Shown: one piece after another, positions 22,139 to 30,645 of the stretch
Layout of the letters: each line of letters begins with the position of its first letter
Numbering within the stretch: position 1 is the stretch's first letter
Assembly: GCA_017472015.1 (NCBI GenBank)
Contig: JAFURC010000046.1
Coordinates: forward strand, 23,315-87,314
From: Bacilli bacterium
Lineage (GTDB): Bacteria > Bacillota_I > Bacilli_A > RF39 > UBA660
Direction: 5' to 3'
Length of the DNA: 64,000 nucleotides
Position numbers and translations under genes: made by a program
The notes under the pieces: generated by a model
Seen by the model: only the letters and a program-made list of their open reading frames with translations
What the model was told of the DNA's origin: nothing
The model's database searches: none

Positions 22139-23215
22139 ATGAAAATAGTTGTATATGCAATTAGTAAAAATGAAAGTAAGTTTGTTAATCGGTGGTATGA
22201 ATCTATGAAGGAAGCCGATGAAATAATTGTTTTAGATACTGGTTCAACTGATGATACTAAAGAAAAACTTGAAAAGTTAGGTGTTAAAGTTAGTCAAACA
22301 ATAATTGAGCCTTTTAGGTTTGATACAGCCAGAAACTTGGCCCTTGACTTAGTTCCTGATGATGCTACTTTATGTATTTCAACCGATTTAGATGAAGTAT
22401 TTGAAACAGGTTGGCGCGAATTACTTGAAAAAAATTATCATGGAGAAACCAGAATAAGTTATACTTACAATTGGCACATAGATGATAATGGTAATCCAGA
22501 TATTAGTTTCCATGCTGACAAAATTCACACTAAAAAAGATTATAAATGGACTCATCCAGTTCATGAAGTCTTAACGAATATTAATAATAATGAAACAAGA
22601 AAATTAATTCCGGAACTAGTTATTAACCATTATCCGGATAGTAATAAAAGTCGCAGTAATTATTTAAATTTACTTGAGTTATCTGTTTTAGAAGATCCAG
22701 AAGATGATCGGAATATGCATTATTTAGGACGTGAATATATGTATTACAATAGATATCAAGAAGCAATTGATACTTTAACTCGCCATTTAAGTTTAAAAAA
22801 AGCCACATGGAAAGATGAAAGATGTGCTTCAATGCGTTTTATTGCAAGATGTTATAAAAATTTAAAACGATTTGATGAAAGTATTATGTGGTATGAAAAA
22901 GCAATTCAAGAAGCCCCTTACTTAAGAGATCCATATGTAGAACTTGCAATGTTATATTATGAAAAAGAGGATTATGATAAAGTTTATCTTTACTTAAAAC
23001 AAGCCTTAAAAATAACTAATCATAAAAAAACTTATATAAATGAATTATTTTCTTGGAATGAAACTCCATATGATTTATTAAGTATTGCTTGTTATTATAA
23101 AGGATTATTACCTGAAAGCTTATATTATATAGATGAAGCCTTAAAATTGAATTCAAGTAATGAAAGAATAAATAAGAATAAAGAAATAATTGAAAGTATA
23201 TTAAAAGAGAAATAA
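22139..23215 (+). CDS. Glycosyltransferase-like protein with C-terminal TPR repeats
   Basis: IVVYAISKNESKFVNRWYESMKEADEIIVLDTGSTDDT (GT-A-like, DxD region) followed by TPR-like YYNRYQEAI../YEKAIQ.. repeats. ATG 22139 follows the SD gggagg; the track start is 22127. Confidence 0.6.
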   Translation: MKIVVYAISKNESKFVNRWYESMKEADEIIVLDTGSTDDTKEKLEKLGVKVSQTIIEPFRFDTARNLALDLVPDDATLCISTDLDEVFETGWRELLEKNYHGETRISYTYNWHIDDNGNPDISFHADKIHTKKDYKWTHPVHEVLTNINNNETRKLIPELVINHYPDSNKSRSNYLNLLELSVLEDPEDDRNMHYLGREYMYYNRYQEAIDTLTRHLSLKKATWKDERCASMRFIARCYKNLKRFDESIMWYEKAIQEAPYLRDPYVELAMLYYEKEDYDKVYLYLKQALKITNHKKTYINELFSWNETPYDLLSIACYYKGLLPESLYYIDEALKLNSSNERINKNKEIIESILKEK

Positions 23216-23238
23216 TTATAACTTTAATTACTTCTCTT

Positions 23239-25770
23239 TTATTTTAAATTACTTTTTAATTCATATAAAAAATTAATAGCTTCAATTGGAGTTAAATTTA
23301 AAATATCTAAGTCTTTAATTCTTTTTAAATTTTCATCTTCTTTAGGTTCAGAGAAATTAAAACTAGTTTGAACTATGGCTTCTTTTTTATTAGTTTTTGA
23401 TTTAGTTTCATAATTATTTAAAATTTGTTCAGCCTTTTGAATAACTGAATCTGGAAGTTTAGCAAGACTAGCAACATTGATACCATAACTTTTAGAAACT
23501 GCTCCATCTACTACTTTATGAAGGAATGTAATTGTCCCATTTTCTTCAAGAGCACTGACATGAACATTTTTAACTTTTTTTAGTTTTTTACATAAATCAG
23601 TTAATTCATGATAATGGGTTGAAAATAAGGTTTTGGCTCCAATTTCATTATGAATATATTCAAGGATTGCATAAGCAAGACTCATCCCATCATATGTTGC
23701 CGTACCTCGACCTAATTCATCAAATAATATTAAACTATTTTCGGTTGCATTTTGAAGAGCATAATTGGCTTCTTTCATTTCAACCATGAAAGTTGACTCA
23801 CCACTTACTAAATCATCACTAGCCCCAATTCGCGTGAATATCTTATCAAACATTGGAATCGAACAACTTTTACAAGGAACAAATGATCCAATTTGCGCCA
23901 TAATAACAATTATAGCAAGTTGTCTCATATAAGTTGATTTACCAGCCATATTAGGTCCGGTTATTAATAAACAATTACAATTTTTATCCATAATAATATC
24001 ATTAGGAACATAATCGATTTTATTAACTGCCTCAACTACTGGATGACGTCCTTCAAGTATTTTTATTTCATGACTTGTATTAAAAGTTGGTCTTACAAAC
24101 TGATACTTATCGGCAATAGTTGTTAAAGAAACAATAATATCAACATCACTTAAAATATCACTTATTTCTTGAATATCAGCAATATTTTTAATTACTTCTT
24201 CCCGAATTTCATTAAAAAGTTCATATTCTAAACCAATAATTTTCTCATCTGCTTGTAAAATAATTTGTTCTATTTCTTTTAAAGTCTCTGTTATATATCT
24301 TTCTCCGGTTGATAAAGTTTGTTTTCTAATATACCCAAATTCATCTTTAACAAGTGGAATACTTCCCTTGCTTACTTCAATATAATAACCAAATACTTTA
24401 TTATAACCAATTTTTAAATTTTTAATTCCTGTTCTTTCACGCTCTTCTTCTTCTTGCCTTAAAATAAAATCTCGACTATTATTTTTAATACTCCTTAAAT
24501 CATCTAACTCCTTGTTATAATTATCTTTAATTAAATTACCTTCTTTTAAAGTTAGGGGAGCATAAGGATTAATACTTTTATCTAACAACAAAACCAAATC
24601 ATCTAAAGTTTTTAAAGACTTATCATAATTAATTTTTTCAAGTTCTTCTTTAATATTTGGTAACATTTTTAAAGAATTTAAAAGTTGATACATATCCCTG
24701 GCATTTAAATTACCATAACTAATACGTCCAATTAAACGTTCAAGATCATATATATCATTTAAATACTCACTTAAATTTTCTTTTACCAAAAAATTTGTTA
24801 ATAAACTTTCAATATAGTTATGCCGTCTTTCAATTAAAGATAAATCTCTAAATGGAGATAATAAATTTTGTTTTAATAATCTACTTCCCATAGCTGTTTT
24901 TGTTTTATCAAGTAGCCACAACAGAGAATTATTTCTTGTATTATCTCTTATTGTTTCTGTTAATTCTAAATTTTTCTTTGTATGAAAATCAAATAACAAA
25001 TGCTCACTTTCTTGATTTAAAACTACTTTTTTTAAATATTTTAAACTACTTTTTTTAGTTTCTGTGACATAAGTTAATAAATGTTTAATTGAGGTTAATA
25101 AACGAATATCACTTACATCCGAATAGATATGCTTATAATCTTCATATTCATTTACTTTATCAGTTATTGTTACTAATATATTATAAAGAGTTTTTAAGTT
25201 GTATAAAATTTCTCGATCAATTGTATCATTGACAATGACTTCTTTGATGTTTTTATTTATAAGTTCTCTGTATAAACTATCGATATCATTTAATATCATG
25301 GAAGAGATTTCTCCTGTTGATATATCAGCAATAGTTAAAGCATAGGAATAGGAAAAATCATAAATACTTGCAATATAGTTATTATCATTAGCAAAAGTTA
25401 AATTATCCATTAAAGTTCCTTTGGTAATAACTTGAACAACATCACGTTCAACCATTCCTTTACTTTCTTTAGCATCAGTTAATTGTTCACAAATGGCAAC
25501 TTTATAACCACGTTCCACAAGTTTTGCAACATATCCTTGATACGAATGGGCTGGTACCCCACACATTGGAACCCGTTCTGTTAGTCCGGCATTTCTTCCG
25601 GTTAATGTTAAACTTAATTCGCGACTAGCAATTTCTGCATCTTCAAAAAACATTTCATAGAAATCACCTAAACGAAAAAAGATTAAAGTATCTTCATAAT
25701 CATCTTTTATCGACATATATTTAGCCATCATTGGGGCTAACTTAGTTCGATCTACTTCACTTCTTTTCAT
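23239..25770 (-). CDS. mutS: DNA mismatch repair protein MutS
   Basis: 843 aa. Walker A GPNMAGKST, STFMVEM, FSTHYHELT. Confidence 0.93.
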   Translation of the reverse strand: MKRSEVDRTKLAPMMAKYMSIKDDYEDTLIFFRLGDFYEMFFEDAEIASRELSLTLTGRNAGLTERVPMCGVPAHSYQGYVAKLVERGYKVAICEQLTDAKESKGMVERDVVQVITKGTLMDNLTFANDNNYIASIYDFSYSYALTIADISTGEISSMILNDIDSLYRELINKNIKEVIVNDTIDREILYNLKTLYNILVTITDKVNEYEDYKHIYSDVSDIRLLTSIKHLLTYVTETKKSSLKYLKKVVLNQESEHLLFDFHTKKNLELTETIRDNTRNNSLLWLLDKTKTAMGSRLLKQNLLSPFRDLSLIERRHNYIESLLTNFLVKENLSEYLNDIYDLERLIGRISYGNLNARDMYQLLNSLKMLPNIKEELEKINYDKSLKTLDDLVLLLDKSINPYAPLTLKEGNLIKDNYNKELDDLRSIKNNSRDFILRQEEEERERTGIKNLKIGYNKVFGYYIEVSKGSIPLVKDEFGYIRKQTLSTGERYITETLKEIEQIILQADEKIIGLEYELFNEIREEVIKNIADIQEISDILSDVDIIVSLTTIADKYQFVRPTFNTSHEIKILEGRHPVVEAVNKIDYVPNDIIMDKNCNCLLITGPNMAGKSTYMRQLAIIVIMAQIGSFVPCKSCSIPMFDKIFTRIGASDDLVSGESTFMVEMKEANYALQNATENSLILFDELGRGTATYDGMSLAYAILEYIHNEIGAKTLFSTHYHELTDLCKKLKKVKNVHVSALEENGTITFLHKVVDGAVSKSYGINVASLAKLPDSVIQKAEQILNNYETKSKTNKKEAIVQTSFNFSEPKEDENLKRIKDLDILNLTPIEAINFLYELKSNLK

Positions 25771-25836
25771 AATTCACCACAGATATTATAACAAGTTAAA
25801 ACAATTTTTTCAAAGATAAGTACTTATTTTGACATA

Positions 25837-28125
25837 TTATTTTTCATTTTCACGAAAAAGTTCTTCATAGATTTCTTGATAATTTGAAACATATTTAATC
25901 TTTAATTTATTTTTATATAAATATTCTAATTCCAATACTTCTTCCATATTGGCTTTTGGCATATAGATAAGTTCAATGTTGTTGTCAATTGCAGCAATTA
26001 TTTTTTCTTTAACTCCACCTATTTTTAAGATATTCCCAGTTAAAGTAATTTCTCCTGACATGGAAATAGTATTAGAAATTACTTGATTTTTCAAGTAAGA
26101 TAAAATAGATGTAGCAACTGTTATACCAGCACTTGGACCATCTTTTTTAACAGCATTTGAAGGGATATGAATTTGAAATGTTTGACTATTTATAAAATCT
26201 ATATCTAAATTATATTCTTGATAATTTCCTTTTAAATAACCGAAAGCAACATTAATTGACTCTTCCATCACATCTCCAACTAATCCGGTTATTTTTATAT
26301 TATTCTCACCTGGATATGATATAACTTCAATTTTTAAAGTATCCCCTCCATACGGAGTATAAGAAAGTCCAGTTACTACTCCTTTTAAATTTTCCGTATT
26401 GTTGTTTACTCGGTACTTTGGTATTCCAATTATATTTTCTAAATTTTTATTAGGATCAAGTTTTTTCTTACTTTCTAACTTATTACAAATATATTTTCTG
26501 TAAATCTTTCTAATTACTCTTTCAAGTTCACGAACTCCACTTTCTTTGGTATAAAAACGAATGATATTTGTTAAAGTTTTATTGGTTAAAGAAACTTCAC
26601 CACTTTCAAGTAGATATTCTTTTTCAAGTTGAGGAATCATATAATCTCTTGCAATTTTAATTTTTTCATATTCTGTATAACTTCCAAGTTCAATTATTTC
26701 CATCCGATCTCTTAGTTCTTTAGGGATTTGATCAATATAATTAGCCGTTAATATAAACATAACTTTGGATAGATCAAACTCTTCATCAATAAAGTGATCA
26801 ACAAATCGATTATTTTGACCCTTGTCAAGAACTTCAAGTAAAGCACTAGCTGGATCTCCTTTGATGTCTTTGGTCATTTTATCAACTTCATCAATAATGA
26901 AAACTGGATTATTAACTCCAATTTTTTGAATACTTGACATGATTTTTCCAGGAGCTGCTCCTACATAAGTTCTTCTATGTCCAATGATTTCCGCTTCATC
27001 ATTCACGCCCCCTACAGAAATTTTAACTGATTTTAAATTAAGAGCATCAGCTATACTTAAAGCAATACTCGTTTTTCCAACACCAGGAGGACCTACTAAA
27101 CAAAGGGTTGGGACATTTTTTTGATTCGTATAATGTTTTACCATTATGTATTCTAAAATTCTTGTTTTAGTTTCCTGTAAACCAAAATGATTATTTTCTA
27201 AAATTTCTTTAATTGAGTTTATATCAAAATTTTCTTCACTACTTTTGTTCCATGGTAAATTAAGTAAAATGTCAATATAATTTCTAATAATTCCCACTTC
27301 AGGTGAATTACTATTACAACTTTTAAATCGATTAAGTTCAATTTCTAAACGTTTTTTAATTCCTTTTGGAGCCGATAAATTATTAATTTTATTTTCTAAA
27401 ATCGTTATTTCATCTAACGCATTTTCATGAAGTTCTTCTTTAATAACACTTAATTTTTCTTTTAAATAAAATTCTCGTTGACTATCATCGATTTTTTTAT
27501 TTACTTTTAAATCAATTTCTTTTTCTATTCCAATTATGGATAATTCGTATTCCAAGTCATCAAGTAACATTTTTAACCTAGTAACTGATGAAACTTCTTT
27601 TAAATATTTAAGTTTTCTGTTATGGTTAAGTGGTAATAAACTAACTATTATATCCGTTAATTTATTAATATCACGAATATCTTTTGCGGAATCAAATAAA
27701 GTTGTTTCTGTTTCTTTAATATAAGTATCTAAACTTTTATATAAAGTTCTTGACATAGCAATTTCTTCAATTGGATCAATTTCTTCTTTATTTACAAGTG
27801 ATAAACTTGCTTCATATAAATTATCTTCTTCGATTATTTCATGAATAATTGCTCTTTTAAGTCCCTTTAAATTAATTCGCATATTCCCATTTGGCATATC
27901 AATTTTTAATTTAATTTTAGCAATTATTCCAACATTTATCGTTTTTAAATTTTCTAAATTATCATTTGACTTTTGATGAACAATAAAAACACAGTTATCA
28001 AAATAACTTTCAGCTAAAGATATAGTTTTTTTAATATTAGTATCCGAGAATTCTAATTTGGTTTCGCAGTATGGGAAGATTTCATGATTTTTAATAAATA
28101 GTACTGGTAAATTTGTTTTAATCAT
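25837..28125 (-). CDS. lon: ATP-dependent Lon protease
   Basis: 762 aa. AAA+ Walker A GPPGVGKTS, protease serine motif KDGPSAGIT. Confidence 0.93.
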   Translation of the reverse strand: MIKTNLPVLFIKNHEIFPYCETKLEFSDTNIKKTISLAESYFDNCVFIVHQKSNDNLENLKTINVGIIAKIKLKIDMPNGNMRINLKGLKRAIIHEIIEEDNLYEASLSLVNKEEIDPIEEIAMSRTLYKSLDTYIKETETTLFDSAKDIRDINKLTDIIVSLLPLNHNRKLKYLKEVSSVTRLKMLLDDLEYELSIIGIEKEIDLKVNKKIDDSQREFYLKEKLSVIKEELHENALDEITILENKINNLSAPKGIKKRLEIELNRFKSCNSNSPEVGIIRNYIDILLNLPWNKSSEENFDINSIKEILENNHFGLQETKTRILEYIMVKHYTNQKNVPTLCLVGPPGVGKTSIALSIADALNLKSVKISVGGVNDEAEIIGHRRTYVGAAPGKIMSSIQKIGVNNPVFIIDEVDKMTKDIKGDPASALLEVLDKGQNNRFVDHFIDEEFDLSKVMFILTANYIDQIPKELRDRMEIIELGSYTEYEKIKIARDYMIPQLEKEYLLESGEVSLTNKTLTNIIRFYTKESGVRELERVIRKIYRKYICNKLESKKKLDPNKNLENIIGIPKYRVNNNTENLKGVVTGLSYTPYGGDTLKIEVISYPGENNIKITGLVGDVMEESINVAFGYLKGNYQEYNLDIDFINSQTFQIHIPSNAVKKDGPSAGITVATSILSYLKNQVISNTISMSGEITLTGNILKIGGVKEKIIAAIDNNIELIYMPKANMEEVLELEYLYKNKLKIKYVSNYQEIYEELFRENEK

Positions 28126-28299
28126 GATAATACTCCTCCTCTTTTCAATGTTTTTTATTATAATCGTGAGATACTAAAAAAACAAGATTTTGACAGATAT
28201 ATTGACATAATAAAATTTTCAAGATAAGAAAAATTTCCAAATAATACCAAATTATAATTTTTAACTTACTTAAATATTTACAAAGTTAAAATATTTTAC

Positions 28300-28327
28300 T
28301 TTACATTAAAAAAATATTTGTTATAAT
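28300..28327 (+). promoter_or_regulatory. Candidate sigma-A promoter for the leader and ORF at 28465
   Basis: tttaca (28300-28305), 16-nt spacer, tataat (28322-28327). Confidence 0.4.
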
Positions 28328-28344
28328 ACAAATATATCAATTAA

Positions 28345-28449
28345 CTTGCCATGTGTTGATCGATTAAATTTAGTCGATAATTTATATTTTTAGGCAAGAA
28401 AAATATATCTATTCGGGGGTATGTCTTTAAAAAGATATACTCTTTTTTT
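28345..28449 (+). promoter_or_regulatory. Structured 5' leader with an intrinsic terminator (attenuator or riboswitch-like, class unknown)
   Basis: Outer stem cttgcc (28345-50) / ggcaag (28393-98) encloses an atcga/tcgat hairpin. A terminator follows: gtatgtct (28419-26) / agatatac (28433-40) plus tcttttttt. The upstream tatatct (28404-10) can instead pair with agatata, a possible antiterminator. Confidence 0.35.
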
Positions 28450-28464
28450 ACAGGGAGGAAAAAA

Positions 28465-28917
28465 ATGAACTATGGTTATCAAAATGAAGAAGATTTTGTT
28501 AATCTATTTAACAACAAATACTTATATGAATTAGATAATAATTCCCAAAAATTTTTAAAAGAATTATTTGAAGATGTAATAAATAATGAAGAAAAGATAA
28601 AATCTTGGAAAAATAAGGTCTCGCAAAAGACAGATATTTTTATCAAATATAAAAATCATATTAAAAATATCAGTTTAAAATGCGGACACAGTAATTCTAT
28701 GCATCACGAACAAATTCAAGATTTTAAAATTTATTTGGAAAAATTAAAAATTCCATATAATACTATTAATAAATATGTTAGTTATCATTATGGTTATATA
28801 CGAGATAATGAAGGAAATATAGACTTTTCTAAATCATTAAGTTCTGAAGAATATAAAAAACTTTATCAAGAAGAAATTGATGTTTTCAATAAAAGTATAA
28901 ACAAAAAAGAAATTTAG
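28465..28917 (+). CDS. Hypothetical protein (150 aa); faint resemblance to the N-terminal part of MspI/HinP1I-type restriction endonucleases
   Basis: The segment KTDIFIKYKNHIKNISLKCGHS recalls the D..(D/E)xK-like core of small type II REases (memory-based, weak). It is shorter than such enzymes and no methyltransferase is nearby. Confidence 0.35.
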   Translation: MNYGYQNEEDFVNLFNNKYLYELDNNSQKFLKELFEDVINNEEKIKSWKNKVSQKTDIFIKYKNHIKNISLKCGHSNSMHHEQIQDFKIYLEKLKIPYNTINKYVSYHYGYIRDNEGNIDFSKSLSSEEYKKLYQEEIDVFNKSINKKEI

Positions 28918-29034
28918 AACGAAATTCTAAAAATTCTAAGGATAGATATATAGTTACTTTAAGATGGAATTTTATAAAGGAAAGTATTTTAGATTTTAAA
29001 AATAATAAAAAGACCGGAGCTTAAGTTGAGACGA

Positions 29035-29062
29035 GAGAAGTTCGATTCCTCATACTACTCCA
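29035..29062 (+). other. Degenerate tRNA 3'-end-like fragment (T-loop, acceptor, CCA)
   Basis: gagaagTTCGATTcctcatactactCCA contains the conserved T-loop GTTCGATTCC and ends in CCA. The T-stem pairs poorly and no upstream tRNA body exists. Confidence 0.25.
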
Positions 29063-29063
29063 T

Positions 29064-29100
29064 AAAAAAACTAGTACTTTATGTACTAGTATATTTTTTT
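29064..29100. terminator. Bidirectional rho-independent terminator
   Basis: A7 run, 8-bp stem actagtac (29070-77) / gtactagt (29083-90), then T7 run. Serves the minus-strand tRNA pair and any plus-strand readthrough. Confidence 0.7.
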
Positions 29101-29101
29101 A

Positions 29102-29176
29102 TGGAGCAGATAGCGGGAATCGAACCCGCGTCCTAGCCTTGGCAAGGCCATATTCGAGCCACTAAACCATATCTGC
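29102..29176 (-). tRNA. tRNA-Gly (anticodon GCC)
   Basis: The reverse complement GCAGATATGGTTTAGTGGCTCGAATATGGCCTTGCCAAGGCTAGGACGCGGGTTCGATTCCCGCTATCTGCTCCA folds as a cloverleaf. The acceptor GCAGATA/TATCTGC pairs, the anticodon loop is TTGCCAA and CCA is encoded. Confidence 0.9.
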
Positions 29177-29179
29177 ATT

Positions 29180-29253
29180 TGGAGGGGCCAGTCGGATTTG
29201 AACCAACGATCAAGGAGTTGCAGTCCACTGCCTTACCACTTGGCTATGACCCC
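29180..29253 (-). tRNA. tRNA-Cys (anticodon GCA)
   Basis: Reverse complement GGGGTCATAGCCAAGTGGTAAGGCAGTGGACTGCAACTCCTTGATCGTTGGTTCAAATCCGACTGGCCCCTCCA. The acceptor GGGGTCA/TGGCCCC pairs, the anticodon loop is CTGCAAC and the T-arm is GTTGG-TTCAAAT-CCGAC. Confidence 0.87.
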
Positions 29254-29265
29254 GGGTACTCAATA

Positions 29266-29294
29266 AGTATAACAAATTAACTAAAGAAAATCAA
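29266..29294 (-). promoter_or_regulatory. Candidate sigma-A promoter of the tRNA-Cys/tRNA-Gly unit
   Basis: Minus strand TTGATT (29294-29289), 17-nt spacer, TATACT (29271-29266), about 12 nt before the tRNA-Cys 5' end. Confidence 0.5.
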
Positions 29295-29419
29295 CAATAT
29301 TCTCACTTTTTACACTTTTTTACAATTTATTATATGATTAAAACTAAAAATAAATGCCATTTTCTTTATATAAAAGACTATTAAAAATTAATTATTAATC
29401 CCTAATAGTCCTTTTATTA

Positions 29420-30097
29420 TTAAATCAACTCTTCAATATTTTTTATTCTTGATAAAATACTATTATATTTACCTCTTATAGAGCCAGTTTCTTTAGAATG
29501 CTTTAAAAATGAATTCAAAGTATTTTCTATTTCTTTTAAATATCTTTTTTCATCTATAAAATAATCTAATAAAGGATATAACTCAATACCATAATTATAA
29601 AAAATACCCGTTTTAATTTCATCTAGTACAAAATTTAGTATTCGAAAACTTATATTTAAATCATCTATTAAAGAATATCCTAAAATATCTTCAATTACTT
29701 CAATACAATCACTAGCAACTTCTCCCGTTGAACCGTTTGAATCATCAATATCTGTTTCTGGTATTGAATCTAAAATGGTTTCTACTATATCAAAAGCTGA
29801 TTCATAATTTCTATTATCCAATAAATTTCTACTTTCGCGAATAAATCCATACATAAGTCTAGTATATTCACTTGCCTCACGGTAATCTATATAACCATCG
29901 CGTCCAGAAGCTAACTGAATAGCTGAATATATTTTTCTATTATATTCTTCCTTAGTAATTTTTGGAAAATAATTAATAAATGTGCCCCGAAAATCATTCA
30001 TAATATTTTCATTATAAGTAAGTATATCTAGTAAATAATTTTTAATATCATTATTATCAATTTTATCTAATATTTTTTTTAATTCTTTATTTTTCAT
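29420..30097 (-). CDS. Hypothetical protein (225 aa, acidic, probably all-helical), last gene of the Wadjet operon
   Basis: Start overlaps the upstream gene by 11 nt. I can recall no matching domain. Confidence 0.6.
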   Translation of the reverse strand: MKNKELKKILDKIDNNDIKNYLLDILTYNENIMNDFRGTFINYFPKITKEEYNRKIYSAIQLASGRDGYIDYREASEYTRLMYGFIRESRNLLDNRNYESAFDIVETILDSIPETDIDDSNGSTGEVASDCIEVIEDILGYSLIDDLNISFRILNFVLDEIKTGIFYNYGIELYPLLDYFIDEKRYLKEIENTLNSFLKHSKETGSIRGKYNSILSRIKNIEELI

Positions 30098-30644
30098 CCT
30101 TACATCCCTTTAGAAATTCCATTAAACCTTGAAAATTATCAATTATAAATTCTTGCATTTCTCTTTTATACAAAACGATATCGTATTCTCCAAAATTTCC
30201 AATTCGATGTTCTGTATACATTCCCATACTTTTTCCGGTTTCGGTTGGTAAATTTCGCTTACTTCCATTTATTAAAACTTCTTCTAATAAACCTATACTA
30301 ATTAACCAATCGCAAACATCAGTTGCTTTTAAATTTTTAACATCATCACTTTTTAAGACATTAATTCTTTGAACAATCTTAGAAATTGATAAATCTTCAC
30401 CAGTATAAGCAAACTTACCTAATAATTCTAAATCTAAAGTAAAAGGAAGTTTTTTAGTTTTTCTTGATCTTCCATTCTTTAACAAAACATCTGAAAGAAC
30501 CCCGTTGACATAAAATAAACACCTAGATATTCGAATATTATTGATTAAATCACTATCAGGAACCTTCTCCCCTGTTAAAGGATTTATTCCATTAGCCATT
30601 TTCTCTATATAATCTTTAGCATGTTTTAATATTTCTAAATCCAT
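30087..30644 (-). CDS. Hypothetical protein (185 aa), translationally coupled to jetD
   Basis: The ATG lies 1 nt after the jetD stop, with the SD aaggag inside the jetD 3' end. N-terminal motif ANGINPLTGEKVPDSDLINNIRISRCLFYV; no family assigned. Confidence 0.6.
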   Translation of the reverse strand: MDLEILKHAKDYIEKMANGINPLTGEKVPDSDLINNIRISRCLFYVNGVLSDVLLKNGRSRKTKKLPFTLDLELLGKFAYTGEDLSISKIVQRINVLKSDDVKNLKATDVCDWLISIGLLEEVLINGSKRNLPTETGKSMGMYTEHRIGNFGEYDIVLYKREMQEFIIDNFQGLMEFLKGCKDEK

Positions 30645-30645
30645 T

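Noticed and set aside
23215-23239. Absence of mutL downstream of mutS
   Set aside because: mutS is followed by a convergent gene, so there is no mutSL operon here. mutL may simply be elsewhere, and this cannot be assessed from one window.
28186-28210. Direct repeat ttgaca-gatata-ttgaca upstream of lon as a CtsR operator (tandem GGTCAAA heptads)
   Set aside because: The repeat period is 12 nt rather than the ~10 nt of the CtsR consensus, and the G preceding GTCAA is missing. It may just be -35-like hexamers. Not claimed.
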